From Macrostomum lignano (taxonomy: Eukaryota), in the NCBI GenBank assembly GCA_002269645.1, contig NIVC01001471.1, forward strand, positions 219,523 through 283,522: DNA of 64,000 nt, in the 5' to 3' direction. Shown piece by piece: positions 24,636 to 36,586 of this stretch (position 1 is the stretch's first letter; each line of letters opens with the position of its first letter). The notes under the pieces were generated by a model. It was not told the DNA's origin. It was given only the letters and a program-made list of their open reading frames with translations, and searched no databases. Position numbers and translations under genes: made by a program.

Positions 24636-25599
24636 AAGGTTGACAGATATTTTTAGATTTCCAAGGCTTATTGGGGGCATTGCTGAGATGTCAAGGGGGG
24701 AAGTTGATATGTCAAAGCTTGTGGGGGGGGGGAATTACTGACATGTCAAGGCTTACAAGGTTTGACAGGAGATTTTTTAAGATTTCAAGGATACATGTAG
24801 CTTATTAAAAAAACGTGTATTGCATTTCTTTGGCTCCCCAACGGGGGGCGTAGATTGCTAGTAGAATCCTAATTTTCTGAACGAAAAGCTTTATAAATAT
24901 CGATAGAGCAATAAAAAAGGCACAACATATCAAAATATGAACACTGGATCTGCCTCCTATCAAACGCAATAACAATTTTTGTGCTGAAAAATGAAAACTT
25001 CCTATCTCCGTAGTGTATTTTTTCGGGAAAAAGTGCCTTCAAAACTTTTCTAAGAAACGAGGTTTCCCGTCCTTCTACTTAAGTCGTCCTTGGTGAAAAG
25101 AAGAGCCTGATTAAAGAAATAGCAAGAGATTTTTATATACAAGAGAAAAAATTGAAACACAGTGGCTTTTACCGGCTGAGTCAGCTGCCTCAACGTTTTT
25201 TGAGCAAATGCTCCGCTCTTTTGTCTATGGAGCAATTGCTCTGCAGCCGAGAACTTACTCATGAATCTGAGAAAATACTCTGGAGTATTTACTCTTGAGT
25301 ATTTGCTCCTGAGTAAGAGCTCAGCTTATGCTTACTGACCTGAGCATTTGCTTGAGTTTGAGCATTTGCTCAGTTTATTCATATGGCCTCATGTGCAGTC
25401 TTGTTTCGTTTGACTAATATTTGATTTCGCTTGTCAAAAGCGACATTAGTATAGGTTTTTTCGTGCTATGGGAGACTTCCTTCAAGCAATCTGAGACCAG
25501 AATGTGGAAATACATACGCATGTATAGGTCGAAACCATAGGGTCAATGGAAAATTGAGAATTTAAGCCAAGCAGAGTAAGACCTTTTTAAACAAAGTGT

Positions 25600-26400
25600 C
25601 CATAAACTCATTTCTCATGACAAATCAGTTGCGCCTAACTACCAATGAAGACAGTGAATCCCTGGTTCAAGCGGTGAAGGAAGGCGCCATAATATCCGTG
25701 GCTGCCAGAATCGTTAGAATGAATGAAAAGACTGCTTACAGGATATGGAAAAGATCAGTGAGTCTGGCCGCATACATTCAATAATTCGTGGCGGAAAGAA
25801 GGTGGTTCATGCAAGGTGAACGCGGAGATGCGACAGGCAATCGGTCATTTTGGAGCGAAATCCGTACTTCAGTAAGGTGTGCAAGGAAGGCTGGCTACAG
25901 AGCCGCCTCAAAAGCCGGTAATCTCTGAACCAACAATAGCACGGACGTTGAACTCCATACGAATTACGCAGGAAATCGCTACCAAGCATGCTGACGTAAG
26001 GCTTGCTGCGAATGCCCATTGAATGCAAAGCCAGACGCGACTATGCTCTGATGATGATATTTCAAGTGGCATTGCCCATGAATGGCACTGGTACTCATTG
26101 ACGAGACCGACTACAACCTACGGTCAAGAAGGATGTAGGCTTGAGCGAGGGAATGTGGTGACGGAGAGAGGTCCCAACATTACTGTGCGCCTAGCTGCTT
26201 TTTATCTGAGTGAAGCCTGAAGCCTGGTTCATTGCACGATGCAGCAAGGTGGCCACACGCGAAAAAGATTTCAGGGATTCGTGGTGAAGGTTTCTGAGAT
26301 TCTGTGAGTTCCCTCTTGACAGACAGGCCATACTCGCCACTTCTCAATCCCGTAGAAATTGTGTACAGTGCGTTGAATTGTGGAGCCACATATTGTCAGA
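25600..26400 (+). mobile_element. Decayed Tc1/IS630-family transposase
   Basis: HTH (TTNEDSESLVQAVKEG...EKTAYRIW), VLIDETDYNL, RGPNITV and PYSPLLNPVE motifs spread across frames with many stops. Confidence 0.75.
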
Positions 26401-26929
26401 AGAGAACGGTTTGCTCAGCGCATCAAAGTGTAGCCATTTGTATGACCCATTTTTCTTAAATCCTCTCACCGTGTTGTCTGCTGCTATACTCGTAAAAAAA
26501 TTTGACTTGATATTTATTCCTTATTATCTCGCCTCCGCAGATAGGTCTGAATTGTGCGAAACAGAAAAAAAATTATTTCATATTGGATTAGGCTGCTAAC
26601 AGAGGTACAGAGTTAGTAAATGAGGCTTACAGCATGGTGGTGGTTCGACCTGTAAATGTTTTAGATGTTTGGTTATTAGCTGATGAAGAGCTTTATTTTG
26701 ACACTGACTTTGTGCCTGGTGCGTACTTGTCGGTGCATTTAGGGTGTAAGGGATTTTCTACGATTGTAACTAATATACTGTATTGTATTGTGCTCACTAG
26801 CAATCAGAAGCCAAGACAAGAAATACTAATATAGGTAATAATTAAACTATGAAGAACACGCAGGTGATGTGGGTGAGGTGAGGCTCAGCCTGCTTTAAAT
26901 TTTAAAAATCCTGTCGTTGATAGTGCAGG

Positions 26930-27745
26930 GGGTAGCATGCGTCTTTGTTCGTGGGATTCTGAACTTGAAAATGACCCTGATCAGAATCCTAGACAACATC
27001 GCAAATGGTTTTCGCATTACTGATGGCAAAGAGCTTTGTGAGACTTTTAATGCCGATTACATGTCTACTGCTGCAATTCACCGCGCTGTTGAGCGGCAAA
27101 TTAAGGAAGAGATTGAAAATGGCAGGTACGTTGTGGTTCCTGAGAAGCCTACGTTGGTCAGCCCTCTTGGAGCTATTCCCAAGGATAACGGGAAGCTTCG
27201 GCTTATTCACGACTGCAGCACGCTTCCGGGCTGCTCGGTAAATGATAATTATACGAAGAAGCTGAGCCCCAGGTTTGACTCCGTCAAGAGGGTTGCAGCC
27301 TCTATCGGTAAGGGCTGGTTCATGGCGAAGCTTGATCTGTCGCAAGCTTACAGAAGTGTGGCGATTCATCCGGATGATTACCAGGCGACTGGAATTGGTT
27401 GGCGCTTTAAACCAACCAATTCCGTTATCTGACATGGCTTGTCGACATCCGGCTACCCTTTAGTAGCTGCGCCTTGGTCGAGATTTTCTACCGGCTTACT
27501 CAAGCGGTCAAGAGGATGATGGTGCGTCGCGGCGTGGCCAATAGTTCGGTCTACCTGGATGATTTTCTGGTTGCGGCTGAGAGCGAGGAGGAGTGTATGG
27601 ATGCCCTGAAAGAGCTGATGAAGTTGGTTCGCCAGTTAGGTTTTGGTGTCAACGGGAACAAAGTGGTTGAACCTACGCAATGCTTGGTGCATCTCGGTGT
27701 GCAGGTTGATACTGTCGGTGGAGTTCTTATCGTGCCGGCGGAAAA
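26930..27745 (+). mobile_element. DIRS/Ngaro-type retrotransposon reverse transcriptase (frameshifted, truncated)
   Basis: SPLGAIPK..GKLRLIHDCS, KLDLSQAYRSVAIHP, RLPF, VYLDDFLV, HLGVQVDT motifs. Confidence 0.85.
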
Positions 27746-28344
27746 CCGGTTCTCAACATCTATTTTTAGAACTTCCAAATATGGTAAATGTTAACCTGAA
27801 TGCGACCCAAGTATCACCCTTTTCTATTCAAAAACCCCACCTGTCAAGTAATAAAATTCCTTTCGTGAACTCATCAAAAAACCGTTTTTTAGCTCAACGT
27901 CGACTCAAGGCCGACAAATAGTGTATAAATACAAACGCAAAATCCGAGCTGAAATCTCAGACTCGGAGCAGCCTCAAAAAATCTTGGGCCTTTCAAGAGC
28001 AGCCAAAGAGGCTATATCTCTGAGGAAGAAATATACCAATTGGTAAGCTTTGTTCGAGTCTTCGTTATTTGATTATTAAGAGCGATTTTATTGCCGGCTC
28101 TTACTGATCAGTTGATTTTACTGAGTCTATTGAGTTTGAGGCCTCCCTTATCCTAAGAGATTGGATAGGATCTGCGGACCGATTCCGATACCCTTAGAGG
28201 ATTATTGATTTGATTGATTTCGGTACCCTAGAGTAACCGATAGGAGCATACGACTCCGATTCCGTTGTTTCTAGAAGACACTTTTTCTGGAGGACCTCGT
28301 CATTGCTTTAAAGCTGACTTTGTTATTAGGGCGCATCGCTGATT

Positions 28345-28584
28345 CTGCACTCGAGGAATATAATGATTTCTGCACTCGAGGAATATAATGATTTCTGCAC
28401 TCGAGGAATATAATGATTTCTGCACTCGAGGAATATAATGATTTCTGCACTCGAGGAATATAATGATTTCTGCACTCGAGGAATATAATGATTTCTGCAC
28501 TCGAGGAATATAATGATTTCTGCACTCGAGGAATATAATGATTTCTGCACTCGAGGAATATAATGATTTCTGCACTCGAGGAAT
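28345..28584 (+). repeat. 25-bp perfect tandem repeat, ~9.5 copies
   Basis: Unit ctgcactcgaggaatataatgattt; no spacers. Confidence 0.95.
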
Positions 28585-28989
28585 ACTTCGACGTCGACGG
28601 ATTAAATTGTTACGCTCTCATATTCGGCCGATTTTGGAATTCAAGAAGACTACTCCGGAGGAAGAAGATTTGAAGAAACGAGCTCGGAGAACCTGCCCGA
28701 CAAAGAAGAGGAGCCCGCACCGGTAAGTGATCACTGGATTTTGTTCCCAGGCTTAACGTCTGGAAGAAGGAGTTTTCGAGTGACTGATCACCACACGATC
28801 AAACTCTTCAGCTGGTACCACGTTTTTGCGGACCCGTGCTCTAGGCTGCACGCGGAGGACAAGATGCGCGATTTTTTATTTTGGCACTGTAAACTGCTGT
28901 TTTAATGAGATCGTTAGGCATGCTGTCTGCCCTGCTGTCTCTGTTTTTCTTATTTTGCAGGCCCTCCGCGCCAGACTCCCGACCGCCTC

Positions 28990-29905
28990 AGCAAGCGCTG
29001 CGCTTTTCTCCTCGGCAATGCCTACGCGCCCCGCACGAAGCGGAGTTACCCGTCGCAGCTCGCGTCAGCTGGCTGCGTTTTTGAAACTACCAGCACTTTA
29101 CGCCGGCGCGGGCACAGCCGGCGCACGTGGCCGAGTACCTCGCCGAGCTGTCCGCCCGGCTGTCAGCCTTTCGGAGTTGCCAGGCGTACGCTAACGCTGT
29201 CTTGCTGAACTTCAGAGCCCTCGGTCAGCCGGACCCGTGTGAGTCGCCGATGGTCAAGCTGGTGCTTCGTGGTCTTCCCCGATGTCTCAGTCGGCAGCAG
29301 CGCTCAAGGGAGCCGTTCAGAATTGCAGACCTCCTCAAGCTGCACGCCCACCTTGACCAGCGACTGAAGAGTGACATCGCGTTCTGGGCAGCTGTTCTGG
29401 CAGCCTGGTGTGATATGCTGCAGAAAGTGAATGTGACGACGCAATCGGAGCAGCTCGATCTGTGGTGCGACCTGGCGGCATCAAACATCGTCTTTTCGGA
29501 GTGCGACTATGAGCTCACCGTGCGGCATTCAAAGACCAACCAGGTTGGCGACCGAGTTCAGCGAGTGTTTCTTCCGAAACTGCCTGATGGGAGCTTGGGT
29601 GTCCTGTGCCCGTTCCGTGCACTCGAGCGGCAGCCACGGGCAAACCGAGTCGACCAGGCGCCGCGTCCGGTTCACCTGTTCTCCAAGTGGTCGGCGACGG
29701 GATGGTTGCCTCTGACGGCTAGCAAGTTTGATAGCCGGCTTCGCGCGCTGTGCACATCGGCGGGTTTGTCGCCACGCGAGTTCACTGGCCACGGGCTGAG
29801 GCGGGGCGGCGCTACAGCAGCCATGCAGCTCGGTGTTCCACTGACGATGATCAAGAAGTTGGGCGACTGGAAGGGCAACTCGGTGTTTCGCCGCCTAGCG
29901 TACAT
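28990..29905 (+). mobile_element. DIRS/Ngaro-type tyrosine recombinase (probably inactive)
   Basis: NAYAPRTKRSY (frameshifted 5' part), SKTNQ, LCP, FTGHGLRRGGAT, GDWKG. The first catalytic Arg appears as LQK and the expected Tyr (VFRY) as VFRR. Confidence 0.85.
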
Positions 29906-30109
29906 CTATCTGTTCGGGACTCGGACGCAAGGGCGGCTGTGCATGGCTTGGCTCGTTGGGTTGGTGCGCTCTAACTCTCTCTTTGTCGAACTTTCTTGGT
30001 TTGGATTGGGCCAGGCTCGAACCTGCGCCTCTCGTGCCAACTGCCTTGACTTCGTCTCACTGGTTTAACAGTGCAATAATCACTTTCTCAGCTAGTACAA
30101 TAATCCATC

Positions 30110-30600
30110 CTTTTCTTTAAGGATTTATTAACAATAAAGCATTTGGAAAACTTTTAATAAAAAATATTGCTCTACTAAGATTCGAACCTAGGTCGTTGCA
30201 CTATCAGTTCAGTCTGTTCACATCCAGGCTAGCTCTTATCGAATTTATAAATGAATTGTACTAATGTATATTTCAACACTCACACCAAGTTAGTTAGAGA
30301 AAAGTTACACGAATGCTGAGAGGCCTTTAAGTCGGAGTTACAATTTAGTTGTGATGCAATCTTTATCAGAATTAGAATTCAGCCAGTCAGTTTTTCTCTG
30401 GCATTCTTACAATGCATTTCAAGTCGAAAAGTCTGTTTGACCTTTGCAAAAAGCATGTTTTTCGAATATTCAATCCCTTTAGCACTGAGAAATTTCCTAG
30501 CCAAGACAGATGCACCATCGCGGGAAAATTTCTGATCGAGCAGTGCAAGTCTCATGAAAATCGGTTGAGCCGTTTTTTTCTGAAATCAATCACAGACATA
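30110..30600 (-). mobile_element. Inverted 5'-region fragment of the Helitron family
   Basis: Reverse complement matches 16310-16930 and 21520-22060, including the tRNA-like module. Confidence 0.75.
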
Positions 30601-32504
30601 ATTACCTACCTACCGACAAACCATTTTTGTTTCGACTATGATTTTCAAAGCAAAAAAACTTGACTGACTGAATTCTGATTCTGATAAGTATTGCATCAAA
30701 ACAGGCTTTTTTATCATTAGTTGACTGGCTGAATTGTGACTCCGACTCACGTCACAATAAAACAAAGTTTGGCAGTACAGCACTGGACTGCATTTAGATT
30801 GCGTAACTGTCTAATTGCTTAGTAGGACAAATAATGAAGATGGAACTTGAATGACTAACACTTAAAGCCAAAATTAGCAACAGGCGAACAGTGAAAGTTT
30901 TAATGGGTCGTAAAAAGTCGGAAGAGAATCGGTGCACCGAGGCGAGAGCCGCAGGCTATATTTAAAAGTAATAAGACTGGACCTCTTCGTGTGCCACGCT
31001 CACGGGAGAGGCCAAATTATCGATCGTGCAACTATTATACGAACGGTTCTGAATACACACAAGCACAGAATAAGACGGCCCAATGGGGGGCCAGCATACA
31101 CAAAATTTCTGAGAGGAAATAGGAAATTATATGATTAATTGTCAGATTAATGCATAAATCTGACAGCAGCCATTCTGTAATCTTTAATACACAATTACTA
31201 TACACAATAAACTTTAATACGAATCAGTTCCAAATATTTTGCTTGAAAAAGTCCATTACTTTCTCAAAAATGGTTCCTGTGTTCGAAACTTTCATCCACA
31301 GAAATACATGTCAAACTCGACCCGGTTGATTGAAGCAGCTCTCACCCCGACCCAATCTGTCTTACGGAAAATCTCATATGTCTCAGAGGATTTTCTGTGA
31401 CCTGTCTTCAGTTTATGACATGGTGGTGAATGCAAAATGAATAAGAATAAATTCTATTTGTATTTAGTGTCAATGGAAATGTTGCTCATTGTGTTTTTTG
31501 CAGACTACTAAGTCAGGTGATTAAAGCCGCTACCTCGGGTCAGGCACCACTGCGCTTAATTGTCTCTGTTTACTGCTGCAGCAATCCAGAGCGATTGGGT
31601 AGTTGGCTACAGCAAAATTCATACCAGGAAGGACATTAGGCGTACGTGTAATATCTCATGCCTGAATTGCTATTTTGAAACGCTACTGCTTTCTATTTGC
31701 TGTCTTCTATTCTGAAGAAAGCATTCTAAACTATTTGCTGCATTAGCTTCGTACTCCCAGATGTATTTATAGTGTCTGTTAACAACTTACCAACCCAGGG
31801 AAATTCCGACAACTTTTCTTTTGATGCTGCAGCGCGCCTGATAGCTCTTCCTGCTGGCTGCAGCAAATGCTTTATTGAGCGATTAACTGCTGGAAATAAA
31901 TGATAGCATTTCTATAGTGTGGGGAAACGCTTGAGCAATGATGACTGGGGTATGGATCAATCGACTCAGCGAACCTAATCCTTGGCTGGGTTCTGCAATA
32001 TATAGTACTCATACTTATTATTGGGCCAAAGCGCGGAAAAGAAGAATTGATGCCAGAAGTTAAAACGCCATATGCAGGATAACGACGTCGTTTCAAACAT
32101 AAAACACCCTGTCAACTGTGGGAGTTGCTGAGTTTTCAAGGCTCAATATGGTTATTACTGAAATGGTATGACTGTCAGCAGGGTTAAAATTAGGTTTAGG
32201 GCTCAACCATAAAAACATCGCCCTGTCAAGCATAAACGGCTCATGCGAGAATCATTAAAATGCTACAGCAAATGATGGATTTGCTAAGATCTAGCTATGT
32301 ACTCGTGGACGGTTCTATGGCTCATGGGAAGAATTTTCGAGGTGTCAAACTTCATGTAATCCAGGAGTATCTGAATTGCTGTGGCATTAACAAGAAATTA
32401 ACAATAGTGACTGTACAAGGTCAAAACCTACATACAGTTTATTTCAAAGCTTTTCAATTATTTTCTCGTTGCCCCCATCAACCAAGGTGCAGATTGCTAG
32501 TGTA

Positions 32505-33260
32505 GCTTTTTGCAGCCCATTTGGATTTACGCGCATTGAATTAAATCCAAGATACGTTTGCCAATGTAACGGAGCTTTTGTCTATTGTAGCAAGGCTGGC
32601 ACAGCAGCATTTAATTTGGTCCAACAAGCATCAATTTGGTCCAAACGCTCGTGAGCCATTGGACAAACTCCTGCCCTCCAGCAACCGTCTGTGGGTTGTT
32701 GCGTACTGCTGGAATGTCAGCGTGTCTACCACAAATTTTCAGTCGCTTTTCCAGAGCTCTGCTCATAGTCGAAGTCTGATAACCAACTGGAACTGTTTTT
32801 TCAACTTCTGCTGCATTTTCGGCAACGTCAAAAAAGGGTTTCTCAACTGCATCGAGTAGCAGTTGGACCTGAGGCTCTCGAAACTTGCTTTGGCGATTGC
32901 CACTCTTTCGCAGGTGATCTCTGCCGCCTGTGGTTGCAGCACGCTGATGGATGCTGTAAACCATATTTTCTTTTATATTCAGCAACCTTGCAGTGTCCTT
33001 TGGGTGTTCACCTCTGTCGAGTGCTTCGATAGCATGCCAATGGCATTGGTTCGACAGCCTAGCATATGGTCCACAATTCTGGGGATGATCTTGCTCCACC
33101 GCAGCAGTTGCAAATAAAGCTATGGACCAATTGATGCTTGTTGGACCAAATTAAATGCTTCTGTGCCAGCCTTGCTACCATAGACAAAAGCTCCGTTACA
33201 TTGGCAAACGTATCTTGGATTAAATTCAATGCGCGTTAGCCCAAATGGGCTGCAAAAGGC
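32505..33260 (-). mobile_element. Non-autonomous Tc1/mariner-type element with ~140-bp TIRs
   Basis: TA TSD at 32503-04 and 33261-62; TIRs 32505-32642 / ~33123-33260; internal HTH remnant IEALDRGEHPKDTARLLNIKENMVYSI. Confidence 0.8.
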
Positions 33261-33516
33261 TAGATTAGTGCTAATTGGGCTCACTAATAAAAATGCAACG
33301 CAGGACCCAACTGAGGCTTGTCTATTGCATGCATTGGCGCAATGAGCTTCCAGCCAACCAAAGTATTGTGAAACCTGGGACACTCCAGTGAAAAATCAAT
33401 TTTGCATACTTATTGGCTGAGAGCATGGCAGATGGGGTCCAAAACCCACATATTATAAAATGGCCGTACCAGTCGCCTCCTGCTCAGCAAGCAAGTTCTC
33501 TGAATCTGAAGCAAGG

Positions 33517-36500
33517 ATGTCACCTCTGAGGGCGCTTCTCCTCGCCCTGCTGAGCCTCGCCTGCCTGCGCAGCCTGCAGTCCTGCCAGCCGCCCTACCAG
33601 TCCGTGTCCGGCTTCTGCCTGCTCGTGAGCACCACAGCCGCAGTCGGCTGGTGCCAGGCAGCTCGTCTGTGCCAGGCCGTCGGAGGCGAGCTTGTGATGG
33701 ACCCGGCCGCCATCCGGGTAGCTGCGCAGTTCGCCACGGGCTCGGTGAACCTGTGGGTCGGCGTCACCGACATGCTGGAGGAGCGGCTCACTAGCAGGTG
33801 ACGCAATCAGCATCGAGTATCGTTGTGCTGAATCTCGGAAAATCTCATCTGAATTCCCATTCATTAGCTTTCAATGCGTACAGATGCTAATTTTCTAGCT
33901 TGAATATTAATAGCTCAAAGGGGATGTGAACTTCAGAGTCAAAATGGAGCCTGAAGCCTTGGGTCCCGATTTCTCTACGCTAATCCCTTCATTTTGAGCC
34001 AAATGGCTCCCGTTATGCCGAAAACCCGACCACTTTGGCATTTGGAGATCTCTATGGGGAGAAATGGAATAAAAGGGGATTTCATGTGTATTTAACAGTA
34101 GAAAGACCACGCTATTTTTCCCCACGGGGAAAGACCACGAGGGGTGTAATACAAATGAAAGTGAATTACCGATTTTCGTAAAAGTCCACCATATGCAACA
34201 AAATTTTCCGCCCTTTTCGACGAACTAACTTTTAAAGTCATACGACGTCAGAATCGTCGAGACATTCAGCGATTCTTGTCCAAGACACTGGTGGCAAGGA
34301 CAACCAACTACACTGTATAAAACTTTATGGTGAATCCATATTGGCTCAATAATCTGCGTCCATCTGTCGAAGAGGCCTTTGTTCTCAGCATCCCAGGCAC
34401 CAGGGTCCCCTTCATCACCGTCTGGAGCATCGGCGGCGACCGTCGGGACCTTCAACAAAAGCACCCGATCGGCATCTCAGAGACGGCTGCGTTCCCAAAA
34501 CTGCCCGTTTTCAGAAGCTGCTTCCCAAAACTACCCGGACTCCTAGGGCTGCCGCCACGACTACACCGACAGCGTCCTTTGCTTCCGCCGACTTCCTGGG
34601 CAACAATGACTCTTGGCCGCCAATAGCACGCTACCCGAGTGATCGACGCCAGTCCGCCACTCCTGGCACGGGCGCCAACCCCTCGCCTCTTCAGTCCAAA
34701 TGCTTCGTTCCCACCGCCAACCAGCAGCAGCATAAGCCCAGCCACCCATGCCTCTATTGCGACAGCTCCGACCATGCCACCATGTCCTGCTGCAACATCC
34801 AAATGCCCGATGACCGGCTTAAAATAGTCCGGAACAAGAACCTTTGCCGCAACTGCCTTCGCCGACACCACATCAGGGACTGCCACGACAACCGGCATTG
34901 TCGTACGTGCGATGCTCCACACCACACCTCGCTGCAGGGGCCACCTTCGACAGCGCCCGCTCCAGCCATCGCTCGCCTAAGACAGGCCAAAACGCCTACG
35001 TTAATTCAGGTTGTGACGCCGACTCCAAAGAGACAGCCAACTCCATAGTCTTTGCCGACGGAGGTCTCGTGCCGACCATCATGGCTACCTTCCGGGCGAA
35101 GGCCGTCAACCTGAAAGATGCCACTCGGTCGACTGCACAATTTCTCTCGACTCAGACTGCTCATACTCGCATCTCGATACGGCACCCTTGCCTACAAGCT
35201 TGGTCTCAGAGCCTCTAAGAGACTCACGATGCCACCTCTACCTTTTACTCGGAATCCAGTCGTCAGATTACTGCGGACCTCGTCAGTTTTGACCTCCAGG
35301 CCCCAAACGGTCGTCGCTGGACAATCACAGCCCTCGCCTCCGACCAGCTAGCAGCCCCGTTCTATATACCGGCCTTTGGGCTCCTTGAAGATGTCCTTAA
35401 CACCCTCAGCAGTGTCAACAACGGCGTCTGCAACCTTCCGCCCGATCATGATGCAGACGGCATCCTCGACCTCATCCATCCTCGCTGGCGACGTGAACCA
35501 GTTACTCACCAGCCATGCCGTTCCTGCCCTCGCTCTTCGACCGACTCTAACAGCCTACTTGACGCGCTTCGGAGCCATCCTCAACAGTGCTATCACTGAC
35601 ACGGGTGCCCGCAGCATCAACAGCTTCCTCGGGTCCTCGCAGGCCTCTCAGGTCCTCTTCGCTAACACCTACCACAACATCAGCAACGATAACGGCTCAT
35701 CGAAGTTCTCAGCATCGCGAAGGACGCTGGAAAGCATGGCCCCAAAGACAACGAGCTGACTTGACGCCTTCTCGCGTCCATTACCCGTGACTAAAATGGC
35801 CGCATGGTCAACTTGCCATTCAAAGACGGCGCTGCACTTCTTCCATCAAACTTCGGCCAGGCCCTTTGGTCGTGCTCAGGATACTTATTCTGAGCCTTTC
35901 TCAGCGTGACTAGAGGTACACAAAAAATATTGTACTCAAAATAACACAGGAAGATTTCCCATCACATGAAAACCCCATTTATCCTATTTATCCCATTTCT
36001 CCCCATAGAGATCCCGAAATGCTAAAGTGGTCGGGTTTTCGGCATAACGGGAGCTATTTGGCTCAAAATGAAGGGATTAGCGTAGAGAAATCGGGACCAT
36101 TTTGATTCAAGTTCACATCCCCTTTTATAGCTGAACTGCTATTTTCATCTTCTCAGGAGCGGCTGGCGCATGGCCAATGGAAGCGAGTTCGTTGTCCCAG
36201 ACTCTGACTGGAGGCCTGGCTGGCCAAATAATGGTGACAGCTCGGACGATATGCTGGCTCTAAGAAAAGGTTTGCTTCACGACTTTGTCTCATCCAATCT
36301 GATCGGCTTCGCCTGCCAGCCCGTGGCGACCCCGAACAGCGGAACCTTCCGTCGGACCAGCTTCCTGCAGCTGGGCGACATCACGCCCTACTACTGCTAC
36401 ACGGAGGTGCAGTCGGTGCAGCGCAGGCTGCTCTGCGTTCGCCAGTGCGCTGCCCGCTGGGAGTGTCGGGCGGCTCTGTTCAACCGGGCCGAGTCTCGCT

Positions 36501-36586
36501 GCCGCATGCTGGACTTCGCCGACGCGAGCGCGGGCGACGCCATCGAGAAGAGCGGCGCATGGGAGAAGTTCGTCAAGGTCTACTGA
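33517..36586 (+). CDS. Secreted C-type lectin + PAN/Apple-like protein, copy D (intact frame, 236 aa)
   Basis: join(33517..33797,36157..36586); exon lengths 281 and 430 as in copy B; GT at 33798, AG at 36155-36156; intron enlarged to 2359 bp by a TIR element. Confidence 0.85.
33916..36126. mobile_element. 2.2-kb TIR element inside lectin D intron carrying a BEL/Pao fragment
   Basis: ~170-bp imperfect TIRs (caaaggggatgtgaac... / ...gttcacatcccctttt); ATAGCT on both flanks. Confidence 0.8.
34640..35800 (+). mobile_element. BEL/Pao gag zinc-knuckle + protease fragment
   Basis: LCRNCLRRHHIRDCHDNRHCRTCDAPHHTSL (BEL/Pao-type multi-knuckle); degenerate LDSDCSYS protease motif; TRFGAIL. Confidence 0.75.

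Larger units (their letters stand above)
21454..24861 (+). mobile_element. Non-autonomous Helitron H2 (3.4 kb), head-to-tail with H1
   Basis: Starts TCctatatactaaaaatg plus a (tcta)n microsatellite; ends with hairpin gctccccaacggggggc + CTAG|T (24858-61). Confidence 0.85.
15808..25092. mobile_element. Foldback MITE with 8-bp TSD (P/hAT-like), native size ~697 bp, interrupted by Helitrons
   Basis: TIRs start caaggacgacttaagtag and extend over ~260 bp; TSD gtgaaaag at 15800-07 and 25093-100; related copy at 62268-62588. Confidence 0.85.
15581..25381. mobile_element. Non-autonomous TIR element with TA flanks (outer layer of nest)
   Basis: TIR tgaataaactgagcaaatgctc / gagcatttgctcagtttattca; TA at 15579-80 and 25382-83. 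Confidence 0.7.

Noticed and set aside
28345-28584. CRISPR-like appearance of the 25-bp array (also the 16-bp and 42-bp arrays)
   Set aside because: Units are contiguous with no unique spacers, the context is eukaryotic and there are no cas genes.
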